Virus record (IMG/VR): IMGVR_UViG_3300005288_000001
Location: 32,001 to 96,000 of that record
Length of the DNA stretch: 64,000 bases
Source of the DNA: a virus
Direction: 5' to 3' (one strand)
Positions within the stretch are counted from its first letter, which is position 1; every line of letters starts with the position of its first letter. Below the pieces are notes generated by a model. The model was not told where the DNA came from. It made no database searches and saw only the letters and a list, made by a program, of their open reading frames with translations. Positions 1 to 6,496 of this stretch are shown here, one piece after another. Position numbers and translations under genes: made by a program.

Positions 1-46
1 TTATACCATTCATTCACGGATTTACCGTGACGATACCACTTTTCGA

Positions 47-367
47 TTAAGGCTTCCATAGCGGGAATCCTTTCAGAAAGTGTCGTTCGCTTTGGATCAG
101 TGGTTCAGTGGCGAAAGCCGTATGACCATAGTTCCAATCCGGTTCAAAGAACATCTCGCTCCTAATCCCGCAGTATTCACAGTGGGCTTTGGCTCTATGG
201 AGGCTCTCTGCATCGGGAACAGTTAGCATAATAAGTGACGACGGTTCTTTAGAAACAGCCCCAAACACGATACCAGCCTCTAGCGCCGCATGGGCAGCTT
301 GGACTACTTGATCGGTTAGTGGAAGGTCCTTTCGAACAAACACATACACGTAGGTTTTATCCAACAC
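47..367 (-). CDS. Peptidyl-tRNA hydrolase 2 (Pth2)-like protein
   Basis: YVFVRKDL...QVVQAAHAALE and FFEPD..TAFAT resemble Pth2-fold phage proteins. In frame with the upstream ORF across a single TGA (368-370). Confidence 0.7.
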   Translation of the reverse strand: MLDKTYVYVFVRKDLPLTDQVVQAAHAALEAGIVFGAVSKEPSSLIMLTVPDAESLHRAKAHCEYCGIRSEMFFEPDWNYGHTAFATEPLIQSERHFLKGFPLWKP

Positions 368-556
368 TCACGATTCCATTTTGATTTCCTTTAGTAAATT
401 TCGTTTAAAGACGCTGCGAGCATGTTTATGCTCTTTCTTCTTGTCTCTAGCACGAGCCTTTTTAGAGCGTCGGCTAGAATAAGTTTCACAAGGATACTTA
501 TCATGCCCTGGGCAGCACCATCCAGGAGCACAGACAAAAATAATTTCTCGTTTCAT
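368..556 (-). CDS. Small basic Cys-containing protein (MKREIIFVCAPGWCCPGHD...)
   Basis: ATG at 556, just after the tRNA CCA. Lys/Arg-rich; ends in TGA in frame with the Pth2-like ORF. Confidence 0.5.
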   Translation of the reverse strand: MKREIIFVCAPGWCCPGHDKYPCETYSSRRSKKARARDKKKEHKHARSVFKRNLLKEIKMES

Positions 557-557
557 T

Positions 558-634
558 TGGTGGCCCGTGGGGGATTCGAACCCCCGACATTCGGTTTTGA
601 AGACCGCCGCTCTAACCAACTGAGCTAACGGGCC
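558..634 (-). tRNA. tRNA with UCA anticodon (opal suppressor, Trp-like anticodon arm)
   Basis: Cloverleaf: acceptor GGCCCGT/ACGGGCC-A-CCA, anticodon loop CTTCAAA, T-arm GGGGG-TTCGAAT-CCCCC. No Sec-type long arm. Confidence 0.9.
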
Positions 635-641
635 ATATCTA

Positions 642-1760
642 TCAGAAGGCGTGGAAGTTAAAGCCACCCGATTCAGGTTGGGGCTTGACCACGCGAACCA
701 GGATACGGTTCTTCTCAACAGGAGTGATGTACTCGTAAACGATGCTACCACCCTTCTCGATCTTCAGCACGCGCTCATCACTCAGCTCGAAGTCCGGACA
801 CTCGAAGTACAACGGATTGTCCTCAGCGTCCTTCTTACCGTTCGGAACGCCGTAGAAGTCCATTTCAGGCTTGCTATTGGCATCCGAGACCAGAGGCGAA
901 CCACGCAGCTGACGCGGGTGGTAGAAGCTCTCGAGAACCTTCTGGCCGTTGATCGAGACTTCGACGTCGTACGCACGGGTCGTCAGGTCGAACTCGAGAC
1001 GAGCGTTCACGTTCTGCATTGCGCTCGGTGCCGATTCGCTGTAACGGTTCATTTCTTCAACGACCGCTGCGAGCATGTCGAAGTTGAAGTTCGTGAAGCA
1101 GTCGGCGATGAGCACCAGACGATCGATTTGGGTCTTGTCGTTCAGGCAGTCTTCACAGTACTCGCGAATGAACTCAGCAGTCAGGCCACGATACGTATAC
1201 TGGTAGTAGATACGACCAGGACGGTTACGCATGTGGGGGTCGATGTAACCGGAGTTCATCGTCAGCAGGAAGAGCTTCTTGCTGGAGAATACACCGTCGA
1301 GCAGGGTCAGGAGCTTTTCCTGATCATCCTTATCGTACACCTTCTCGAACTCATCGAACAGCACCACGCAGGGTTGCTGGATGGTTTGGATAAACTTGTT
1401 GAAGCTATCGCCGTGGAAAGGAGTGTTGATGATCAAGGTTGGCACATTGTGCGTCTTGGCCAATTCAATCGACAGGCTCTTGGTCAGGAGCGTCTTACCC
1501 GAACCCTTTTCACCCGACAGCAGGACGCCAGTCGAACGAGGGCGGTCCATGAAGGTCTCGATGATACGGTCGCGGCGACCATCATTGGCACCGTAGACCT
1601 TCTTCGGCAGGGTAAACGTGTCAACTTCCTCGAGGAAGAACACGCCGAACTGGTCGATCTTCACGACGTAATTCGTGTTGGCCGGCAGAGCGTCATAAAC
1701 ATCCAGCGAACGACTGTCCTTAACTTGGACCGTGTTACCGCTCTTAAAATAATGCGTCAA
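642..1760 (-). CDS. AAA+ ATPase
   Basis: Walker A GEKGSGKT, Walker B VVLFDEFEK, sensor TMN, arginine finger RPGR. Confidence 0.85.
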   Translation of the reverse strand: MTHYFKSGNTVQVKDSRSLDVYDALPANTNYVVKIDQFGVFFLEEVDTFTLPKKVYGANDGRRDRIIETFMDRPRSTGVLLSGEKGSGKTLLTKSLSIELAKTHNVPTLIINTPFHGDSFNKFIQTIQQPCVVLFDEFEKVYDKDDQEKLLTLLDGVFSSKKLFLLTMNSGYIDPHMRNRPGRIYYQYTYRGLTAEFIREYCEDCLNDKTQIDRLVLIADCFTNFNFDMLAAVVEEMNRYSESAPSAMQNVNARLEFDLTTRAYDVEVSINGQKVLESFYHPRQLRGSPLVSDANSKPEMDFYGVPNGKKDAEDNPLYFECPDFELSDERVLKIEKGGSIVYEYITPVEKNRILVRVVKPQPESGGFNFHAF

Positions 1761-1814
1761 ATCAAATACTCCATCAAATCAAAAGTTAATTATAAACCAT
1801 GCTAAGGAACAAAC

Positions 1815-1890
1815 TGGTACCCCGACTGGGACTCGAACCCAGAGAAAACAGCTTTTGAGACTGCCGCGTATGCCATTCCGCCATCAGGGC
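1815..1890 (-). tRNA. tRNA-Leu(CAA), short variable arm
   Basis: Loop CTCAAAA, T-loop TTCGAGT, CCA end. Confidence 0.85.
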
Positions 1891-1896
1891 ATTGTT

Positions 1897-1983
1897 TGGT
1901 GCGAGATGCGGGCATCGAACCCGCATGACCTTCCGATCGTCAGATTTTAAGTCTGGTGTGTATACCAATTCCACCAATCTCGC
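1897..1983 (-). tRNA. tRNA-Leu(TAA)
   Basis: Loop CTTAAAA, long variable arm, CCA end. Confidence 0.9.
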
Positions 1984-2028
1984 GTGAAGAAAAGCCACGG
2001 TAACATACATCACTCGTGGCCTATCTTG

Positions 2029-2319
2029 TTATTTTCTCATCTGCAGTAGCTTAGTCGTGATGACATTGGCTACGGTCGATCCATTGTGTTTGTCGGGATG
2101 GCAGAGTCGAATTAGAGCCTTGATTTCGTCAGGGGAGAAAGTCGCCTTCGACATTTTACTGTCTATCGCTTCCAACCCACCACGATTTCTGATCCAGATA
2201 ATCAGATTGTTATAGTCGGTGACCAGATTGTTCATCTTGGCCCGCAAAACCTTGTTATCAGTCTCAAGTCGTTCGGACTTCTGTTTAGCCTCATCGTACT
2301 TTGCTTTTCGTACAAACAT
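2029..2319 (-). CDS. Coiled-coil protein with C-terminal truncated J-domain
   Basis: LIRLCHPDKHNG carries the HPD J-domain motif. Confidence 0.65.
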   Translation of the reverse strand: MFVRKAKYDEAKQKSERLETDNKVLRAKMNNLVTDYNNLIIWIRNRGGLEAIDSKMSKATFSPDEIKALIRLCHPDKHNGSTVANVITTKLLQMRK

Positions 2320-2332
2320 AATGTAATCCTAT

Positions 2333-2409
2333 TGGTGCCCTGGCGGGGCCTCGAACCCCGAAAACTACGCTTCTAAGGCGCATATGTATGCCAATTCCAT
2401 CACCTGGGC
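2333..2409 (-). tRNA. tRNA-Leu(TAG), short variable arm
   Basis: Loop CTTAGAA, CCA end. Confidence 0.85.
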
Positions 2410-2415
2410 AATATT

Positions 2416-2491
2416 TGGCCCGTCCTGTAGGTTACGCTCCTACCTCCCTGGGGTTTCAATCCAGTGCTATCACTAGGTCAGCTGAGGACGG
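2416..2491 (-). tRNA. tRNA-Phe(GAA), atypical T-loop
   Basis: Loop TTGAAAC, T-loop AGCGTAA, CCA end. Confidence 0.75.
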
Positions 2492-2496
2492 TTAAT

Positions 2497-2572
2497 TGGT
2501 CGGTCTAGAGGGATTCGAACCCCCACTCCCGGCTTCGTAGGCCAGTAGTCTATCCAGTTGGCGTATAGACCG
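2497..2572 (-). tRNA. tRNA-Arg(ACG)
   Basis: Loop CTACGAA, canonical T-arm, CCA end. Confidence 0.9.
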
Positions 2573-2577
2573 ATATT

Positions 2578-2653
2578 TGGAGCCGCTTGAGAATTCCGAG
2601 ATCTCAACCTCTCCCATACCAAGGGAGTGCTCTGCCTTTGGAGCTAAAGCGGC
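2578..2653 (-). tRNA. tRNA-Thr(GGT), atypical T-loop
   Basis: Loop TTGGTAT, T-arm GAGAT-CTCGGAA-TTCTC, CCA end. Confidence 0.8.
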
Positions 2654-2960
2654 AATTCCCTGGTACGCAGCGAACGTACAAACTCACCGTTATCTCGGTG
2701 TGTTGCATCATAGGGCGGGCCCATACAACTTCAGGGTAAAACTAACACTGTATACGATACACTTCTCGACCGTACTTCTTTCGAACGAACCAGTTGGCCC
2801 TTCTTCAGCATGTACCGCAGATCGCGATCGTATTTCAGCAATGGGCAATACTTTCGATTGACCATTATGTAATTGCCTGGAGTTGACGCAAGGTACTCGA
2901 GAATCTTTTTACGACGCTCGGCACCCTGTGGCCAGTTCCAGATCAAGTCTGTGTAATTAA

Positions 2961-3036
2961 TGGTGCGGGCTACAGGGTTCGAACCTGCGACATCCGCGTT
3001 GGCAACGCGGTGCTCTACCAACTGAGCTAAGCACGC
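2961..3036 (-). tRNA. tRNA-Gly(GCC)
   Basis: Loop TTGCCAA, canonical D and T arms, CCA end. Confidence 0.9.
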
Positions 3037-3150
3037 CTTTTTCTTACCACCACTTCGAGATAAAGTGGTACGCGACATAAGCAATCCCACCCCAAAAGGC
3101 GAGGACTAGAATGAAATAAATGCCAAACAAGGCAGATACTGCCTTCATCA

Positions 3151-3381
3151 TTACTTCTTGGCGGACTTACCACCACCCAAGCCATTCTGGCGAGGATCGC
3201 CACCCTTCCAACCATCAGGAGGTGGATAGGCGATATAAACACGGGGACGGCCTGAACCAGTACGTGATCCCTTGTTCTTCTTGTCGATTTGTTTCGACTT
3301 CCACGTACCCATAGAAAGGTAACGGGACTTTACGTCTCGGGGGACAGATACTGCCGGCCCTCTTGCTTTCGCCATAATCAA
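3151..3381 (-). CDS. Small basic hypothetical protein
   Basis: ORF between RNA genes with AAGGA upstream; K/R/G-rich. Confidence 0.4.
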   Translation of the reverse strand: MIMAKARGPAVSVPRDVKSRYLSMGTWKSKQIDKKNKGSRTGSGRPRVYIAYPPPDGWKGGDPRQNGLGGGKSAKK

Positions 3382-3407
3382 TCCTTCAGGATGGTTAATA
3401 AAATCAA

Positions 3408-3514
3408 CAGAATCGTTTTTGACATCCCGAGGACTCGAACCTCTGTCATACCCCCAGCGGGCCAGGCACTTGGTTTTGGTAGTGGTAGTGGTTTGTATTG
3501 CTGATACGATTCTA
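3408..3514 (-). ncRNA. Stem/CAGCAA ncRNA #1, containing a T-arm mimic
   Basis: Closing stem TAGAATCGT...ACGATTCTG, ATCAGCAA motif, internal GAGG-TTCGAGT-CCTC hairpin. Confidence 0.6.
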
Positions 3515-3518
3515 AAAT

Positions 3519-3594
3519 TGGTACGCCCCGCAGGTTTCGAACCTGCCTATTCTGGGTCAAAGCCAGATGCCTCCACCGAGTTGGCTTGGAGCGA
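3519..3594 (-). tRNA. tRNA-Gln(TTG)
   Basis: Loop CTTTGAC, T-loop TTCGAAA, CCA end. Confidence 0.85.
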
Positions 3595-3627
3595 ACGAGG
3601 ACTTCTCAAGCTGTCCTTTTTAAACTA

Positions 3628-3682
3628 CAGGTTCCGCTTTTTTCATTTCAATGTGAATTTTTGTATTGCTGAATGGAACCTA
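3628..3682 (-). ncRNA. Stem/CAGCAA ncRNA #2
   Basis: Stem TAGGTTCC...GGAACCTG, ATTCAGCAA motif. Confidence 0.6.
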
Positions 3683-3686
3683 AAAC

Positions 3687-3761
3687 TGGTAGTCGGTGAG
3701 AATTCCGAGATCTCAACTTCCTGGATGTCGACCAGGTACTCTGCCTTTGAGTTAACCGACT
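3687..3761 (-). tRNA. tRNA-Val(GAC), C33 and atypical T-loop
   Basis: CCTGG-TCGACAT-CCAGG, CCA end. Confidence 0.8.
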
Positions 3762-3767
3762 AAAAAC

Positions 3768-3842
3768 TGGTACGCGATGAGAATTTCGAAATCCCGACCT
3801 TCGCCTTGTAAGGGCGTTGCTCTGCCTCTGAGCTAATCGCGC
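3768..3842 (-). tRNA. tRNA-Val(TAC)
   Basis: Loop CTTACAA, CCA end. Confidence 0.9.
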
Positions 3843-3848
3843 ATAAAT

Positions 3849-3923
3849 TGGTAGTCCTAGGCAATTCCGAGATGCCGACCTTGTCCGTATGAAGGACCTG
3901 CTCTGCCGCTGAGCTATAGGACT
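3849..3923 (-). tRNA. tRNA-Met/Ile2(CAT)
   Basis: Loop TTCATAC, T-loop CTCGGAA, CCA end. Confidence 0.8.
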
Positions 3924-3934
3924 AGAATATTCTT

Positions 3935-4009
3935 AGGGTTGACCTATGGGTTACGCTCCCATTTAACCGGCTTCACAGGCCAGGTCCGTACTATATGGAT
4001 CAGGCCAAC
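3935..4009 (-). tRNA. tRNA-His(GTG), no encoded CCA, extended acceptor helix
   Basis: Loop CTGTGAA, G-1:C73 pair; ends CCT and pairs further with the 5' leader. Confidence 0.8.
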
Positions 4010-4019
4010 CCTAAGAACA

Positions 4020-4199
4020 CTATGTATACCAAACGTTGAACTCGTGTCCGCAATTCAGACACTTGTAACGATCAACGTCATCACATTCGTTAATTAACTC
4101 GACGTCTTCATGAAGCCACCATTGTTGGAGTTCGACTACCTTACCGGCAATCTCAATGGGCATTGGGCTTTCTTTTGTACAGCGATGTTCAGTTGTCAT
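4020..4199 (-). CDS. 59-aa zinc-ribbon-like protein (MTTEHRC...YKCLNCGHEF)
   Basis: Translated by hand; TATAAT lies 7 nt upstream of the ATG. Confidence 0.55.
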   Translation of the reverse strand: MTTEHRCTKESPMPIEIAGKVVELQQWWLHEDVELINECDDVDRYKCLNCGHEFNVWYT

Positions 4200-4219
4200 A
4201 CAGTTAATTATACGTTACT

Positions 4220-4309
4220 TGGCGGAAGAAGGAGGTATCGAACCCCATCCGAATTACTCCAGACTGACTGCTTAGCAGGCAGCACGTAACCCTGTTACGA
4301 TCATCTTCC
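4220..4309 (-). tRNA. tRNA-Ser(GCT)
   Basis: Loop CTGCTAA, long variable arm, G73, CCA end. Confidence 0.85.
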
Positions 4310-4314
4310 TAAAT

Positions 4315-4438
4315 TGGTGCCGATGGCCGGATTCGAACCGACGTCTCGTCCTTGAAATGGAGTGTAAAGTATGCTGGACAGAACCTTGTCAGGCTCCGGT
4401 TTGGTACATACGCGTGCTAACCATTACACCACATCGGC
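4315..4438 (-). tRNA. tRNA-like RNA (anticodon TTC) with 49-nt insert in the anticodon stem
   Basis: Acceptor, D and T arms are intact. Deleting 4362-4410 gives a 75-nt cloverleaf with CGTCC-ATTTCAA-GGACG. Confidence 0.75.
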
Positions 4439-4445
4439 ATTAAAC

Positions 4446-4521
4446 TGGCGGTTCTAGGGGGTAACGCTCCCCACTCTTCTGCAGTGACAGTGCAGTATGC
4501 ATCTATGAACATCTTAGAACC
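4446..4521 (-). tRNA. tRNA-Asp(GTC)
   Basis: CTGCA-CTGTCAC-TGCAG, T-loop AGCGTTA, GCCA end. Confidence 0.85.
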
Positions 4522-4527
4522 TAAACT

Positions 4528-4601
4528 TGGTACCCAGTGAAAGTAACGCTCTTTCGTTCTCGCCTTATCAAGACGCCGTTCTACTTTTGAACTAACCGGG
4601 C
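4528..4601 (-). tRNA. tRNA-Ile(GAT)
   Basis: Loop TTGATAA, T-loop AGCGTTA, CCA end. Confidence 0.85.
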
Positions 4602-4604
4602 AAA

Positions 4605-4675
4605 TGGTGGGGAGGCAGATCATATAACCATAGCCTCATCTTTTATCGCCCTTCTCGACCAGGGGCGACCTCCCC
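4605..4675 (-). ncRNA. CCA-ended non-cloverleaf mini-tRNA
   Basis: Acceptor helix GGGGAGG/CCTCCCC-A-CCA; internal TCGCCC/GGGCGA hairpin. Confidence 0.6.
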
Positions 4676-4684
4676 ATAAAAACT

Positions 4685-4761
4685 TGGCGGGCCAGAGTGG
4701 ACTCGAACCACTAACATTCGGTTTTGGAGACCGACGTTCTGCCAATTGGAACTACTGACCC
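4685..4761 (-). tRNA. tRNA-Trp(CCA)
   Basis: Loop CTCCAAA, canonical arms. Confidence 0.92.
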
Positions 4762-4770
4762 ATAAAACAA

Positions 4771-4826
4771 CAGGATGCTTATTTTTCAATTAAAAGTTGA
4801 ATTTTAAGATTGCTGAACGCATCCTA
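4771..4826 (-). ncRNA. Stem/CAGCAA ncRNA #3, with tRNA-Lys anticodon-loop mimic
   Basis: Stem TAGGATGC...GCATCCTG, TTCAGCAA, internal TTCAA-CTTTTAA-TTGAA hairpin. Confidence 0.65.
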
Positions 4827-4833
4827 GATACTA

Positions 4834-4912
4834 CAGAGAAGTAATAAGATTTAGGCTCTTATCGTTGCCCGCCTTTCGGCATCCAGATTAATGGTTTGCT
4901 GAATCTTCTCTA
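4834..4912 (-). ncRNA. Stem/CAGCAA ncRNA #4
   Basis: Stem TAGAGAAG...CTTCTCTG, TTCAGCAA, hairpins GCC-GAAA-GGC and ATAAGA-GCCTAAA-TCTTAT. Confidence 0.6.
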
Positions 4913-4917
4913 AAAAC

Positions 4918-4992
4918 TGGAGAGGCAAGTAGGTATCGCGCCTACCTTTACAGGGTTGCAATCTGTCACACATCTGTCTATGTCATTGCCTC
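4918..4992 (-). tRNA. tRNA-Cys(GCA)
   Basis: Loop TTGCAAC, U73, CCA end. Confidence 0.8.
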
Positions 4993-4997
4993 ATATT

Positions 4998-5069
4998 TGG
5001 AGCGGGCTACAGGGTTCGAACCTGCATCTTTCAGCTTGGAAGGCTAAACGTATTCCACAAACAACCCGC
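4998..5069 (-). tRNA. tRNA-Gly(TCC), reduced D-arm
   Basis: Loop CTTCCAA, U73, CCA end. Confidence 0.8.
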
Positions 5070-5078
5070 ATAAAAACT

Positions 5079-5153
5079 TGGTAGGCCCAGACGGTATCGA
5101 ACTGTCTTCTTCCGGTTAAGAGCCGGGTGCATCACCATTAATGCTTTGAACCT
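5079..5153 (-). tRNA. tRNA-Lys(CTT)
   Basis: Loop CTCTTAA, CCA end. Confidence 0.85.
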
Positions 5154-5155
5154 AT

Positions 5156-5227
5156 TGGTGCACTGGTGGCCCTGTTCATTAGTGGGTACGATAAGACCCA
5201 TCCTTTTACTTAGAACACTCACAATGC
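5156..5227 (-). ncRNA. CCA-ended non-cloverleaf mini-tRNA
   Basis: GCATTG/CAGTGC-A-CCA; inner helices TGTTC/GAACA and TGGGT-CTTATCGT-ACCCA. Confidence 0.5.
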
Positions 5228-5233
5228 GTAAAT

Positions 5234-5311
5234 TGGTGGAGGATATCGGCATCGAACCGATCTGTATCCTACGTGCAAGGCAGGTGTCCACCCCAAGCAG
5301 ACCCATCCCCC
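5234..5311 (-). tRNA. tRNA-Ala(TGC)
   Basis: Loop CTTGCAC, G3:U70, CCA end. Confidence 0.9.
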
Positions 5312-5317
5312 AATATT

Positions 5318-5373
5318 TGGTGATCTCGACGCGCTTACCCATGCATGGTTTCAGCGGCCACACTTTCGTGATC
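5318..5373 (-). ncRNA. CCA-ended mini-tRNA
   Basis: GATCACG/CGAGATC-A-CCA with one mismatch; spaced like the neighbouring tRNA genes. Confidence 0.45.
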
Positions 5374-5381
5374 AGTAACTT

Positions 5382-5459
5382 TGGTGCCCCCGGACGGACT
5401 CGAACCGCCAACCCTCTGCTTACAAGGCAGTCGCTCTACCAGTTAAGAGCTACAGGGGC
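5382..5459 (-). tRNA. tRNA-Thr(TGT)
   Basis: Loop CTTGTAA, canonical arms. Confidence 0.9.
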
Positions 5460-5468
5460 AAAATACAA

Positions 5469-5616
5469 CAGAGTGTCAGGAGCGTTTCGGCCGCGATTCC
5501 CAGGTGCCTGTACTACGATTTGGCAGGTAGCCTTCCTATCTGGCCTTGGAGGGGTTTGATGCCCTCTTACTTCACCAGCATTGCGATTTTATATATTTGT
5601 TGCAGAACACACTCTA
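5469..5616 (-). ncRNA. Stem/CTGCAA ncRNA #5 (long)
   Basis: Stem TAGAGTGT...ACACTCTG, TTCTGCAA motif, about 125-nt interior. Confidence 0.6.
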
Positions 5617-5622
5617 ATAACT

Positions 5623-5696
5623 TGGTCAGGGTGGTAGGTAACGCTCCTACGCTCCGAAGTTCCAAACCTCAGCGACTACTATTATCATACACCCAG
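5623..5696 (-). tRNA. tRNA-Pro(TGG) copy 1, atypical T-loop
   Basis: Loop TTTGGAA, T-loop AGCGTTA. Confidence 0.8.
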
Positions 5697-5700
5697 AAAT

Positions 5701-5742
5701 TGGTGTCGGGGGTTTCCAGATCATACTGGCAGCTATCCCGAC
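5701..5742 (-). ncRNA. 42-nt CCA-ended minihelix
   Basis: GTCGGG/CCCGAC-A-CCA plus CCAG-TATGAT-CTGG hairpin. Confidence 0.55.
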
Positions 5743-5763
5743 GGCTGTCCCATCCCGGAGATT

Positions 5764-5810
5764 TGGTGGAGTGGCCCAGAATTTAGTGAGCTCTGGTATT
5801 CAACCACTCC
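5764..5810 (-). ncRNA. 47-nt CCA-ended minihelix
   Basis: GGAGTGG/CCACTCC-A-CCA plus CCAGA/TCTGG hairpin. Confidence 0.6.
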
Positions 5811-5814
5811 GTAT

Positions 5815-5868
5815 TGGTGGGGAGGACCGCAACAAAGCGGTTGAGGCAACTAATTGAAGCTACTCCCC
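5815..5868 (-). ncRNA. 54-nt CCA-ended minihelix
   Basis: GGGGAG/CTCCCC-A-CCA plus ACCGC-TTTGTT-GCGGT hairpin at the T-arm position. Confidence 0.6.
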
Positions 5869-5873
5869 GAAAC

Positions 5874-5950
5874 TGGTCCGAGTACAAGGATTCGAACCTT
5901 GGACCCCCGCGTCCCAAACGCGGTGCGCTACCGGGCTGCGCTACACTCGG
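5874..5950 (-). tRNA. tRNA-Pro(TGG) copy 2
   Basis: CCGCG-TTTGGGA-CGCGG, canonical arms. Confidence 0.92.
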
Positions 5951-5952
5951 AT

Positions 5953-6026
5953 TGGCCCCTTATCATGGCAACGAACCACGGACCCCCGTCTTAAATAAAC
6001 GGTACTCTACACTGAGCTAATAAGGG
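5953..6026 (-). tRNA. tRNA-Lys(TTT)-like variant with A33 and G73
   Basis: CCGTT-TATTTAA-GACGG; acceptor CCCTTAT/ATAAGGG. Confidence 0.6.
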
Positions 6027-6036
6027 ATACATAACA

Positions 6037-6116
6037 TGGCGGCCGGGGGAGGATTCGAACCATCCGTTACAACGCGGATTAGGCGTAGTGTCCTGGAGCC
6101 GCTAGACGACCCGGCC
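6037..6116 (-). tRNA. Aberrant tRNA, Glu-like D-arm, loop CTAATCC (anticodon AAT?)
   Basis: GGCCGGG/CCCGGCC-G-CCA; bulged T-stem; identity undetermined. Confidence 0.55.
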
Positions 6117-6120
6117 ATGT

Positions 6121-6200
6121 TGGTTGCGCAGGGTGGATTCGCACCACCGATCTCGAGGGTTATGAGCCCTGCGGGGACGGCTAAACTCCCCTACCGCGCC
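6121..6200 (-). tRNA. Initiator-like tRNA-fMet(CAT)
   Basis: GGG-CTCATAA-CCC (three G:C pairs); unpaired 1:72. Confidence 0.8.
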
Positions 6201-6206
6201 AATTCA

Positions 6207-6413
6207 TTACTTCTTCTTTTTCTCTTTCGGAGTCTCATACTCCCGGGCAAACTCGAGAGCCTGACCGTAGTTCGTGAACACTTCCACACGGCGAAGAGGG
6301 CGGATGCCAGTCTTCTCGTGTTGGTCGCCATAGACCATTGCTTCATTGCCGCAAACAGCGACTACCGGGTGTTTATCACGTTCTTGCATTTCACTTCTTT
6401 CATGGTTAAACAA
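6207..6413 (-). CDS. Hypothetical protein
   Basis: 68-aa ORF filling the gap between tRNAs. Confidence 0.4.
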   Translation of the reverse strand: MFNHERSEMQERDKHPVVAVCGNEAMVYGDQHEKTGIRPLRRVEVFTNYGQALEFAREYETPKEKKKK

Positions 6414-6417
6414 ACTA

Positions 6418-6495
6418 TGGTGGGACTACTGAGATTCGAACTCAGGGTCTTACTGGTTAAAAGCCAGATGTTTTGGACCGCTAAACTATAATCCC
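6418..6495 (-). tRNA. tRNA-Lys(TTT)
   Basis: Loop CTTTTAA, CCA end. Confidence 0.9.
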
Positions 6496-6496
6496 T

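Noticed and set aside
558-634. tRNA-Sec or genome-wide UGA recoding
   Set aside because: The tRNA is 77 nt with a 7-bp acceptor and no long variable arm. Many genes end in TGA, including ATGA overlaps, and core genes are not fragmented in code 11.
651-1805. Long plus-strand ORFs (also 31060-31968, 39592-40392, 41032-41874, 53611-54486)
   Set aside because: Antisense shadows of well-supported minus-strand genes; no recognisable motifs.
5480-5580. Hammerhead ribozyme (CTGGTGA...CGAAAC)
   Set aside because: The core deviates from CUGANGA and stem II cannot form between the two motifs.
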